A stretch of 64,000 nucleotides of DNA from Macrostomum lignano (lineage: Eukaryota), in assembly GCA_002269645.1 (NCBI GenBank), contig NIVC01003812.1:11772-75771 (forward strand), written 5' to 3'. This document shows, one piece after another, positions 1-11,016 of the stretch. A model generated the notes under the pieces. That model was not told the origin of the DNA and did no database searches. It worked only from the letters and a program-made list of their open reading frames with translations. Position numbers and translations under genes: made by a program. The first letter of the stretch is position 1. The number at the start of each line of letters is the position of its first letter.

Positions 1-3000
1 CTGAGCCGCTGGCAGCCGCCGCTGCGTTGGCGAGCGCCGTCAGGTCCCGCGGCGGCCTGCTGGTGTGGGACCTGGCCTCGGCCGGCGCCGGAGCGGCTGG
101 CGCCTTGGCGTCGATTGGCGCCCTGGACGCGGCGCTGCTGGCGCCGGACCGCCTGCTGGGTGGCGGGGGCAGCGCGGGCCTCCTGGTGGCCGACGGGCGG
201 CGGCTCAGGGAATTCGTTGAGGGCTTGGAGGCTGAGGCGGAAGCTGAGGATGAGGGTGAGGAGGATGCCGGCGACTGGGACGGCGGATCATGCTTGGTGT
301 CGGCGCCGGCGGAGGAGGCCGCCGCGGACTATGGCGACGGCGAGATGGACGGGCTGGTTGGGCGGATTCGCTGCGGCCTCGCCTTCAAACTGCGGCGAAG
401 CGTCGGCGAGGCGGAGATTCGCGACCGCGAGTGCGAGCTGGTCCGGTGAGGCGGGCAGGGTCTGGAATCCCGAATCTTTGAAATCCCGCTTCTTGAATCC
501 CAAAACTGGAAATCCCAATCTGGAAATCCCAACTATGGGATTCCTAATCTGGAAATCCCAATCTGGAAATCTCAAATATAAAAATTTAGAAAGGTCCATA
601 ATTTCAAATCCCTAGCGTGAAAATCCCAGACTCGCACATTTGAGAGGCCAAAAATAAAAAGTCTAGAAATCCCGAATCTCAACTATGAAGACCCAATTCA
701 ATGAAATCCCAATAAATCAGAGCTAAATATCAAGGCTGTCAGTGGCGCACAATCCCAAATTAAAGTCTCCCAGTTTGCCAAATCAAACCTGACCTGAGTC
801 AGGCTGAGTCTGCTCAATTTCAATACCCCTGAGCAGTTTCCAGAGCTGATTTCTCCCGGGATTTTCTAGCTGCATCAGATTGGATCGCAGTAAATAAACA
901 AACAATTTCCACACCTCAATTTCAAAAGCTGGGCCTGGGAGGTGCTCCAGCCGATGAAGAGCCTCGTGCTGCTGGGCAGCCGCCGCCAGGCCCGCCAGCC
1001 GATCTTCGCCTTTTTTGTACGTCCAGCGCAGTTTGCCGGCCGCCTGCTGCACCACGGCTTCGTGGCCGCGCTGCTCAGCGACCTCTACGGAGTTCAGTGC
1101 CGCCTGCGGCCTCTGCGGGGCAGCTGCCACTTGGCTGTGAGTGCTGGAGATTTCCTTTCAGGTGTGGCCTTCAGGTTGGCTGCGATTGGTTGGCCCTTTA
1201 CCTTTCGGAGCAGGGCGTCAGAGTGGGGAATTCCGGTTTCTAAAAATAACTCTGCTAGATGTACATCGCCTTTAGTCACGGCTATGGGGGTGGGTGAGTC
1301 ATTTCAGCAGGGGTAAGGAGAAAGGAAGAGGGTGCACAAATGTACGCAAAGTTACGAGCTAAAAACGTCTATGATGCTGTTTCTGAAAATAGATTATCTT
1401 TAAAAAAGGTATTGGCTGCTACTTGAATAGTGGCATGTACATTGTGCTTGGTGGGGGCGAGAGGTGGGGTGGTCATAAAGGGGTAAGAATGTGCCAATTA
1501 TAACACAAAAAAGACAACGCGAAAACCCTGTAACTCTTTCAGGATCTGATTCGCCACTCAGACCAACGTCTGGCAATGCAGTTTGAGTATTTCTTAGGCC
1601 ATCACGAGGGCCGGAGGTGAGACTAAACTTGAGCTTATTAAATAAAAAAGAGCGAGTATATCTTACTTTATCTACTTACTAAGTAATATCAAGCAAGGAA
1701 CTAGAATGTGTAAATATTTGCTAATCTAACTGATTTGAAACAGGCATTCCGGAGTATCTGCTCGGGAGCTATTCGAGTGAGTCACTTATTTGCCCTAGTT
1801 TCCTAGAAGTAAACACAGTTAAAATTTTGCATCTAGGAACCTGACTGACAGTAAAAATACCCCCATGTGCACTCCAGACCTGCCGCAGTCTGCATAGACC
1901 TGCCCTACTTTTATCCCAATAAAACGGTCGCGTACATTTTCGAAGCGCTCGAGATGGTCTCAAAGCACGGCTGGAAGCTGCTGCCAGAGGTAACTAGAGT
2001 ACCCGTAGGTGTCCCTGTGTGTCCGTAGGTGTCCGTGTGTGTCCGTAGGTGTCCGTAGGTGTCCGTAGGTGTCCGTAGGTGTCCGTAGGTGTCCGTAGGT
2101 GTCCGTAGGTGTCCGTAGGTGTCCGTAGGTGTCCGTAGGTGTCCGTAGGTGTCCGTAGGTGTCCGTAGGTGTCCGTAGGTGTCCGTAGGTGTCCGTAGGT
2201 GTCCGTAGGTGTCCGTAGGTGTCCGTAGGTGTCCGTAGGTGTCCGTAGGTGTCCGTAGGTGTCCGTAGGTGTCCGTAGGTGTCCGTAGGTGTCCGTAGGT
2301 GTCCGTAGGTGTCCGTAGGTGTCCGTAGGTGTCCGTAGGTGTCCGTAGGTGTCCGTAGGTGTCCGTAGGTGTCCGTAGGTGTCCGTAGTTGTCCGTAGGT
2401 GTCCGTAGGTGTCCGTAGGTGTCCGTAGGTGTCCGTAGGTGTCCGTAGGTGTCCGTAGGTGTCCGTAGGTGTCCGTAGGTGTCCGTAGGTGTCCGTAGGT
2501 GTCCGTAGGTGTCCGTAGGTGTCCGTAGGTGTCCGTAGGTGTCCGTAGGTGTCCGTAGGTGTCCGTAGGTGTCCGTAGGTGTCCGTAGGTGTCCGTAGGT
2601 GTCCGTAGGTGTCCGTAGGTGTCCGTAGGTGTCCGTAGGTGTCCGTAGGTGTCCGTAGGTGTCCGTAGGTGTCCGTAGGTGTCCGTAGGTGTCCGTAGTA
2701 CAGGCCTCAAACTGTTGCTGAACAAATCTGAAGTTGAGATTTCGGCCATAGACAAAATACTCGTAATAAAATACTTCACCACACGGTTGAGCCAAATTAC
2801 TAGTAATTAAAAAACTTCTCAGCTACCCTACTACTTATTGTAGAAATATAAGCAAAAGTGCTGAGGAACTCCAGTTTGCCCCAACTGCCCCCCCCCACGG
2901 TCAGTACGAGCTCGAGCCCGACTCGGGCGCGTGGCGTCACCGCGACTTCGTGACTCGGCAGTGCAGCCTTCAGGACTGCTTCTTCGCTTTCAACGAGGCC

Positions 3001-4181
3001 GTGGATGTCAGCAGGCAGTTCATGAACCACCCCACTGTGGAAGGGCTGGATGTGAGACCGAGCTGGGATCCTGTCTGATAAAATCCCATCTGCAATTCGA
3101 CTCATTTTTGATTTAGAATTCTTTGCTGAACAAAAAACTTCCAGACAATGGCGAGGCGAGCTGAGATTGTCCTGCTGTCGGCTGAGGAGCGGATCATGAA
3201 GGTTGGGAGTCTGAGAACTGTTGATGATGCGGGGCTTCCCAAGTCAATAAATTCACAAATTTATGATATAAAATTTATCGGAAAATTTTCAAACTTTAAA
3301 TTTAACCCAAATAATCCCGAGAATCGCTAAAATCCCAGGCTGGAGTCTCAAAATCTGCAAAATCGTTCAAAACTATTAAATCCTAGGCCTTCTTAAAAGT
3401 CCCTGAAATCCCAAAAAATCCCATGCATTCCCAACAATCCTCAAAGTCACAAATCCCTAAAAATCCCAGAAATTCCATAACTCCCAGAGCTCCCGAAAAT
3501 CCCCCGAATTCCAAAACTCCCATGAGTCCCATAGATCCCAAAGTTCTCAAAACTCCCGTGAATCCCAAAAGGTCCCTAAAATCCCAAAAATCTCAAAACC
3601 CCATGAATCTCAAAAATTATAAAACTCATAAATATCCCAAACTCCCAATGATCCCAAAAATCAGTAACTCCCAAAAAATCCCACAAATTCTAAATATCTC
3701 AAAAATCCCAAAAATTCATAAAATCTCAAAAATCCCAAAAATCCCCAAAATCCCAAAAATTCCAAAAATCTCAAAATCTCCAAAATCCCCAAAATCACAA
3801 AAATCTCAAAAATCCCCAAAATCCCCAAAGTCCCAAAAATCCCAAAAATCTCAAAAATTCCCAAAAGTCTAAAAAATCCCCAAAATCGCCAAAATCCCAA
3901 AAATTCCAAAAATCCTAAAAATTCCAGAAATCCCAAAAATATCAAAAATCCAAAAATATAAAAAATCCCCAAAATCCCCAAAATCCCCAAAATCCCCAAA
4001 ATCCCAAAAATCCAAAAACTCCCATTTCCAGCGGCTCAGCGACCGTCCAGCCGGCGGGGGAGGCGGCTACCAGCCGCTAATCGAGTACGGCTTCAGCCAG
4101 GACGAGCACAGCTGCCGCTGGTTTCTGCTGCCCTTTGAAGCCGCCGCCGCCGCCATGGAGAAAGCGGAAGCTTCGGCTTAA
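1..4181 (+). CDS. 3' part of an unidentified multi-exon protein-coding gene (5'-partial)
   Basis: Hand-built exon chain with consistent phases and GT-AG ends: <1-445, 929-1136, 1543-1616, 1878-1989, 2679-2785, 2844-3051, 3145-3201, 4032-4181 (TAA). Continuous protein ...RECELVR WAWEVLQPMKSLVLL...VCIDLPYFYPNKTVAYIFEALEMVSKHGWKLLPE...QCSLQDCFFAFNEAVDVSRQFMNHP...YQPLIEYGFSQDEHSCRWFLLPFE...ASA*. GC3-rich codons. Family not recognised. Confidence 0.78.
465..720. repeat. Degenerate GAAATCCC(AATCT) repeats filling an intron
   Basis: Repeated gaaatccc/gaatccc motifs between the exon ending at 445 and the acceptor at 927-928. Confidence 0.6.
2005..2698. repeat. 10-bp tandem repeat (GTGTCCGTAG)n, roughly 67 copies, intronic
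   Basis: Near-perfect array with one variant unit (gtagtt, ~2388); each unit junction reads AG|GT. Confidence 0.98.
3400..4020. repeat. Degenerate 9-bp AAAATCCC(C/A) array in intron 3202-4031
   Basis: Visible aaaatcccc/aaaatctca periodicity running up to the acceptor at 4030-4031; source of the KIP/SQK pseudo-ORFs. Confidence 0.9.
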
Positions 4182-4486
4182 AGTACAAGCGGTACTTTTA
4201 ATAACAATAACTGGTGCACAATGTACTCGTCTTTGTGTACGTATTGTCTATTAGTACATTCGAAAGTTCTTTTTGCCGTAAAATATATTATAAATGTACA
4301 TTCATAGTTCCTACCGATGCACTTCAAGTGTTTTTTAGTCGTACATAGTGATGTACTTTTTTCATATAATCACGTTGATGTACATCTAGACTATAACTCT
4401 TTTGTACACAACCAATGTACTCTACTGTACTTTCAATGTACACAAATGTACTTTCGATGTACATGTACCGGTACTCTAGTCACAAA

Positions 4487-4770
4487 GGGGTTGCAGCCCA
4501 GTGGTCAGAGCGTCGGACTCACGACTGAAAGGTCGGGGGTTCGATTCTCGACTCACTCGGAAACAATTTGTGCCCTTGAGCAAGACACTTAACTCTGCAT
4601 TGCTTCAGTTCACCCAGCTGTAAAATGGATGCCAGCATTAGCTGGGGTAATTGCGGGGGTGGGTGGCGACCCCCCAGTCCTTGGACTGAACAGCCGTACG
4701 CAGCCTTCAGATGCGCCACGCAATAGATAGCTGCGGCTGAGCTGTCGGTTGCACATCTGCAAGTTTAATC

Positions 4771-4802
<32 letters not shown>
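4487..4802 (+). mobile_element. tRNA-derived SINE with CORE/MIR-like body and (ATT)n tail, copy 1
   Basis: A-box-like gcagcccagtgg, B-box ggttcgattc, central ccttgagcaagacacttaactct...cagctgtaaaatgg, (att)n tail at ~4774-4802; related copies at 16156 and 50192. Confidence 0.87.
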
Positions 4803-4806
<4 letters not shown>

Positions 4807-5178
4807 TGTGAACTATAATGCACTTTCTACGTACGGACCGATGTACACTGATACAACCTCGATGCACTAATCGATGTTACAATAATATAAATTGCCCTCA
4901 ATGTGCCGGTCTGCATGATAATACCCAATCACTTTAATTCCCAACTGCACATTCTGTAGTCTCCAAACTCTCCAAAATCGGACTGGGAAACAATTTTTGC
5001 TTGGCTGTGAGCAGAGTTTGATTGCGTGAGGGCAAATGCTGAGTATTTAGCTGCGCACCTGCCGCTGCTTGAGTCAGTCTGGCAGCAACTCCAGCGCTGT
5101 TTTGTCTGTCAATATTCATAAGCTGGCGGTGTCGCCTTTTTTAAATAAACCAACCTCAGCATTCATCAAGTATTGCTG

Positions 5179-5192
5179 GTTGCCATGACGAC
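5179..5192. promoter_or_regulatory. Candidate RFX X-box (GTTGCCATGACGAC)
   Basis: Imperfect match to the X-box consensus, about 1.2 kb upstream of the 299-aa ORF. Confidence 0.3.
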
Positions 5193-5264
5193 AGGAGTTG
5201 GCTTCTTCTTTTGCTGATTGCTTTTTACATTTGCTGTGCAATGCAACAGCTGCTATCTAAACCT

Positions 5265-5430
5265 GTTGTACCTGCTGTCTACACCTGTTGTACCTGCTGT
5301 CTACACCTGTTGTACCTGCTATCTACACCTGTTGTACCTGCTGTCTACACCTGTTGTACCTGCTGTCTACACCTGTTGTACCTACTATCTACACCTGTTG
5401 TACCTGCTATCTACACCTGTTGTACCTGCT
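5265..5430. repeat. 22-bp minisatellite CTACACCTGTTGTACCTGCT(G/A)T, about 7 copies
   Basis: Direct inspection of tandem units. Confidence 0.95.
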
Positions 5431-5934
5431 ACCTGATCTGCCATCCGTCAGCTATCGCGAGCTGACAACTCTCACTGCCCCATCAAATGCGATTCCCAAT
5501 GAGCCCTGGGCTGAGCCTGTCACTTCTTTAATAAACCGCAGGTTCTGAGAGTTCAGTGGGGAATTTTCCCTAGTCAAATCCCACCCATAGCCCCGCGAGG
5601 CTGTCCCTCATCAGCCCCACCTGGCCCCTCCCAGAATCTTCCTTCTCTTCATCAGTACTTCTCTCTCACGAATCAGCATCCGGGCATTTTCTCTCATTGG
5701 CGCTTACAAATGCAGCATCCCCCATCACCCAGCCTCGCCCCATTCACTATAGCAACAGATCCAGTGGCGCGGGAAGAGTTATTTTTTTCTCAGAAGCCAA
5801 GTCAGCATCACGGCCAAGCGGCTCACAACCCACCCCGACCTGTCAGAGAGGAGACAGTCGGACAGGCAGAATTGCTTTTTACAATTGACAAAAGTTTATT
5901 TGAGCCGTGTGTTGGGACGAACTCTGTCGGACAC

Positions 5935-6388
5935 CTGAGACAGACTCCTGAAGATAAGTACCTGAAGACCTTCTGAAGACAGGTATCCGAGACAGACAGG
6001 CACCTCAGACAGACAGGCACTAACACAGACACGCACCTGAGACAGTCACCTGACACAGACAGGCACCTCAGACAGACAGGCACCTGACACAGACACGCAC
6101 CTGAGACAGTCACCTGACACAGACAGGTTCACCTGGCATAAACACGCACCTGAGACAGACAGGCAGGCACATGAGACAGACAGGCACCTGACACAGACAG
6201 TCACCTGACACAGACAGGCATACCTGACACAGACAGGTACACCTGACATAGACAGGCACCTTACACAGACAGGCTCACCTGACACAGACAGTCACCTGAC
6301 ACAGACAGGCACCTGACACAGACAGGCTCACCTGACATAGACAGGCACCTTACACAGACAGGCTCACCTGACACAGACAGGCACCTGC
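5935..6388. repeat. Degenerate GACACAGACAGGCACCT minisatellite
   Basis: Repeated gacacagacaggcacct variants running directly into cctgccATG at 6390. Confidence 0.9.
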
Positions 6389-6389
6389 C

Positions 6390-7289
6390 ATGAGTCAGCG
6401 GCAGCGCAAGGCGCAGCTGGTCAGCAGGGTGCCAGCCGTGATCTCCGGCCCCAACAGCCAGGAGGAGCAGCGGCTGCGGCTGTCGCTGGCCCAGCTGGAG
6501 CAGCAGCAGCTCAGCCAGGAGGCCTCCGACACCACCTGGATGAAGCAGTTCGCCATACGTCAGACTTTGCACCTTCAGAGTCTGCACCGACTCGGGTACA
6601 GCAGGTCGCTGGACATCCTGCCGGACTGCCTGCTCACCGGCTACGGGGATAGCCTGATCAGCGTTGCTAAGCAACCATTGCTAGGGCGAATTGCGGCCCT
6701 GTCTCAGCAGCAGAAGCGGCTCCGGCGAGAGCGAGAAGGCATCAGACGATCGGTGTCTCTGGGCTACAGCGGCGGCAGCGACCTGCTCACGAAAACAACT
6801 GCTACAGACGCCGAAGGCAGTAACGGAGGTGAAAGCGGCGGTCTGGATTCGCTTTCCAGCAGCTTTGGGGCTGGCGATAGCAAATTTCCGTCTTTGTCCT
6901 CATCGATGACATCTCGACCAATCAGAGACCGAGAGAAAAACTCGCCTCGGCCAATTAGAGTCGATCAAGCCGCTCAGCCAATGAAAAGCGATCAAGCCGC
7001 TCAGCCAATGAGAGGTGACCTAGCCGCCCAGCCAATAAGAAACGATCTAGCCTCCTGGCCGATGAGAAGAAATCTAGCCGCCCAGCCAATGAGAGTCGAC
7101 CAAACTGCCCAGCCAATCACGAGTCCTCTCCGCCTACCCCAGTTAGATCCGCGCTTTTTACGCCTGGTTGACAGTCTGGAACGCAAGAGCGCCTGGAAGA
7201 GGCGCTACGTGCCGCCTGCGGCGCTGCCTAGCGGTGGCCAGCAGGGCAACTCACTGGAGGAGCTGGTGAATTCATACTACTCAAAGTAA
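6390..7289 (+). CDS. Uncharacterised 299-aa protein, single coding exon; coiled-coil-like N half and 9-aa AQP(M/I) repeats
   Basis: ATG in gccATG context, GC-rich CTG/CAG codon usage like the bona fide exons, ends in TAA; family not recognised. Confidence 0.62.
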   Translation: MSQRQRKAQLVSRVPAVISGPNSQEEQRLRLSLAQLEQQQLSQEASDTTWMKQFAIRQTLHLQSLHRLGYSRSLDILPDCLLTGYGDSLISVAKQPLLGRIAALSQQQKRLRREREGIRRSVSLGYSGGSDLLTKTTATDAEGSNGGESGGLDSLSSSFGAGDSKFPSLSSSMTSRPIRDREKNSPRPIRVDQAAQPMKSDQAAQPMRGDLAAQPIRNDLASWPMRRNLAAQPMRVDQTAQPITSPLRLPQLDPRFLRLVDSLERKSAWKRRYVPPAALPSGGQQGNSLEELVNSYYSK

Positions 7290-7734
7290 CGGCACGGCAT
7301 TGTCCAAATCTGACCTAAAAGACAAAATTTAATATTCCTTGTTTTGAACTGCTGTCGAGTGTAATAATACACTAATTTGCCAAAAGTGAGCTGCACTAAT
7401 TGTTGAGACAATCTGGTGAAAAATTATGAACTTTGCACGTCTCCGGTTTCTGATAAACTTCTCTCTGTAATATGTTTTGATAAGCTTGAATAAAGCTTGT
7501 TCTATCTGCTGCAAATTAACATTGGATTTTGATTTCTTTGCTTAGTTTTGTTAGGGGAGGTGGATTGAGTTCGCCGTTCGTGACTGATAAAGGGGCTCAG
7601 CGAGTATAACGGCTCGATGTGACTGATTGGAGACCATTTAGCATGAGCAATCGCCGTGGGTTTTATGTAAGTAAAGTACTGTCACCACGGATTAGTGGTG
7701 CAAATAACCTATTAGAGAACTTTAGTAGTAAAAG

Positions 7735-7935
7735 TGCAGTAGATTAGGTAAAGTTTACGGTCGATTAGGTAGAAACTCGTATTACAGTAGATTTAGGTAG
7801 ATAGTACAGTAGATTAGGTAGAGATTACAGTAGATTATGTAGATATTACAGTAGAGTAGGTAGATATTACAGTAGAGTAGAAAGATATTACAGTAGATTA
7901 GGTAGATATTACAGCAGAGTAGGTAGATATTACAG
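7735..7935. repeat. 21-bp minisatellite AGTAGATTAGGTAGATATTAC
   Basis: About 9 degenerate tandem units. Confidence 0.85.
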
Positions 7936-8335
7936 TAGAAAAGAACTGAGAGCAGAGCGGCATCTATGTCCGCAGCTGCCAGCAGAACACAACTTGGAGC
8001 CGCGGAGGCCGGTATGAAAAGCGAAAAAAAGAATGAAAATTCTGGAACTGTCAGGAGCTGCGCTGCCCTCTGAGGCTACCTGCAGCCACTCAGCACTGCA
8101 GCTGCTGGAAGAATGCATGGAGACTGAGTGCTGCTGGGGAGAAAGCCTGCGGAAATGTGATGGGGAGTCCCCAGCATCTCAAAACCTGTGTATCTCTTTT
8201 TTCTTCTGGGAATTTCTGCACAGGCTGAACTGAAGGGGCTTGGAAGGCAGAAAACCTTGCATTTGTAGCTCACTGGCAGGGACAATGGAATTCAGCTGCA
8301 CTGAGCTCAGGCTGCTCTGGGCTTTGGGGAAGTGC

Positions 8336-8737
<402 letters not shown>

Positions 8738-9319
8738 GATCCGTATGTAACGCTTTCAATAGGTCTGGAAATGCATTTTCGCATCGCATTACTATCGGTA
8801 GTATACTGCATGCACTGCAGATGAGGTTCTCCGGCAGCATTTTATGAGGAAACAGCTTGATAAACTTAATAAACCTGTCAATGTTTTGACCGGAGTCCCC
8901 TTCCCTGTCTCAGTTCGGCTGCTTTGTGACGGGTGCAGTCCAGGGAATGGAAGTGGCCTGAGCGGCCTGCTCATGGATGCTCCAGGCTTGAGGGCACTCA
9001 AACTAATTGGGGCTCTCGCTGTGCGTCAGTATAGCATTGTGGACACCGTTTAATCTGATCTGGTCAAGGACCTCTCCAGCTGCAGTCCTAGGTTAGGGAG
9101 TTCTTTATGATGACCCAGCGCACTAATGTTTATGCAACTTCTGCAGTCAAAACATTAGTTATTTTTCATTTGATTTAATCTGCAATGGCGTCTCAGTTAC
9201 ATCAAACACAGTCTTCCTTCCTATAGGAGGCTCAACCGATTTTCTTCCAACTTGCACCATTCGATCAGAATTTTCCTGGGACGGTACATGCATCTCTGCT
9301 AAGAAATCGCTCAATGTTA

Positions 9320-9486
9320 AAGGGTTGCTTGCTGTCCTAGGATGTTTTCTTTTTGCATTGCACTTCATTTGAGCAGTTTTTCTATTGTCTATGTGAAGAC
9401 TTTTTTGGCCGTCTTTTTGATACTTGTAGAGAGCCAGAGATTCTATCTAGATGCCCCCCATCGGGGGGGGGGGCGAAGATTGCTAG
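9320..9486 (+). mobile_element. Helitron-like 3' end, copy 1
   Basis: Hairpin GCCCCCC-ATC-GGGGGG (9453-9474), 8 nt, then CTAG (9483-9486) followed by T; 9320-9486 aligns by eye with 11900-12048. Confidence 0.55.
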
Positions 9487-9719
9487 TTGTACTCTAACTG
9501 ACTTGCTGTAAGTATTGAATTATAAGGGCCACAATTCATGTTCTCCAATTGAAAAGAGATAACCTAGATGCAAACAGACTAGACTGCTAATGTAGCGACC
9601 TGGGTTCGAATCTTAGTGGTGTAAAATTTTTTATTATTAAAACGCCTTAAAAACACAAAATGCTAAACATAAAAGAAGCGCAATGTCGAACATAAAAGAG
9701 CCATCATTCTAAACATAGA

Positions 9720-10480
9720 AGAGCCAACAATGTCAAACATAGAAGAGCTACCATGTCAAACATATACATGACTCCATGTCAAACATATACGTGACTCCAT
9801 GTCAAACATATACGTGACTCCATGTCAAACATATACGTGACTCCATGTCAAACATATACGTGACTCCATGTCAAACATATACGTGACTCCATGTCAAACA
9901 TATACGTGACTCCATGTCAAACATATACGTGACTCCATGTCAAACATATACGTGACTCCATGTCAAACATATACGTGACTCCATGTCAAACATATACGTG
10001 ACTCCATGTCAAACATATACGTGACTCCATGTCAAACATATACGTGACTCCATGTCAAACATATACGTGACTCCATGTCAAACATATACGTGACTCCATG
10101 TCAAACATATACGTGACTCCATGTCAAACATATACGTGACTCCATGTCAAACAAATACGTGACTCCATGTCAAACATATACGTGACTCCATGTCAAACAT
10201 AAAAGAGCCACCATGTCAAAAATTGAAGAGCCACCATGTCAAAAATTGAAGAGCCACCATGTAAAACATTAAAGAGCTACCATCTCAAACATAAAAGAGC
10301 TACCATCTCAAACATAAAAGAGCTACCATGTCAAACATAGAAGAGCTACCATCTCAAACATAAAAGAGCTACCATCTCAAACATAAAAGAGCTACCATGT
10401 CAAACATAGAAGAGCTACCATCTCAAACATAAAAGAGCTACCATCTCAAACCTAAAAGAGCCGCCATGTCAAACATAATG
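9720..10480. repeat. Two adjacent 23-bp minisatellite blocks (CCATGTCAAACATATACGTGACT; CCATCTCAAACATAAAAGAGCTA)
   Basis: About 19 near-identical units (9770-10200), then related variant units to 10480. Confidence 0.96.
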
Positions 10481-11016
10481 GAGCCACTATAATGCTAAGG
10501 ATATTGTTGCACTAGCTATTTCTTGTCTTGGTGGATGCTTGCTATTTAAGGATAGATTATTGCTATCAGGGGAATGCTTGCTATCGGAAGGATGCTTGCA
10601 ATCAGGGGTAACTTGCTATTGGATGATGCTTGGGGTGGAGGGTACTTGCTATCTGAGAGGGGGTTGCTATAGCTATCTATAAGGATTCTTTGTATCCAGG
10701 GCTGCTTGCTATCTGGGGGATGCTTGCTATCGGGGGATGCTTGCTGTCTGGGGGATGCTTGCTATCTGGGGGATGCTTGCTATCGGGGGATCCTTGCTAT
10801 CTGGGGGATGCTTGCTATCTGGGGTTGCTTGCTATCTGGGGGATTCTTGCTATCTGGGGGACGCTTGCATGCTGTCTGGGGATGCTTGATATTGGGGAGG
10901 CAAAGAGGCTTGCTCTTGGAGGAGGGGGGTACATGCTATCTTGGGGGGAGGGGTTGCTATCTGGGTGTTGCTTGCTATCTGGGAGGTGCTTCTTGCTATT
11001 GTATTTGGGGTGCTTG

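Noticed and set aside
1911-2795. 294-aa and 262-aa minus-strand (TPTDTYGHLR)n ORFs
   Set aside because: Antisense read-through of the 10-bp array; the real gene is on the plus strand.
4487-4560. Possible tRNA-Val(CAC) gene (also 50192-50265)
   Set aside because: Acceptor and anticodon stems pair poorly and the sequence continues into a shared SINE body; it is a SINE head.
5558-5570. NF-kB/Rel-like site GGGGAATTTTCCC
   Set aside because: Single short motif with no supporting context.
7560-8280. Possible small plus-strand gene (MSNRRGFY|gtaagt and GC-rich pieces at 7940-8230)
   Set aside because: No exon chain gave a convincing open frame; left unannotated.
8740-9310. Minus-strand coding-like stretch (NIDRFIKFIKLFPHKMLPENLICSAC...) as a transposase remnant
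   Set aside because: Multiple stops and no recognisable catalytic motif.
9570-9625. tRNA-Ser(GCT)-like fragment (gactgctaat...ggttcgaatc)
   Set aside because: Only a B-box and a partial arm; no cloverleaf or A-box, at most a decayed SINE/tRNA relic.
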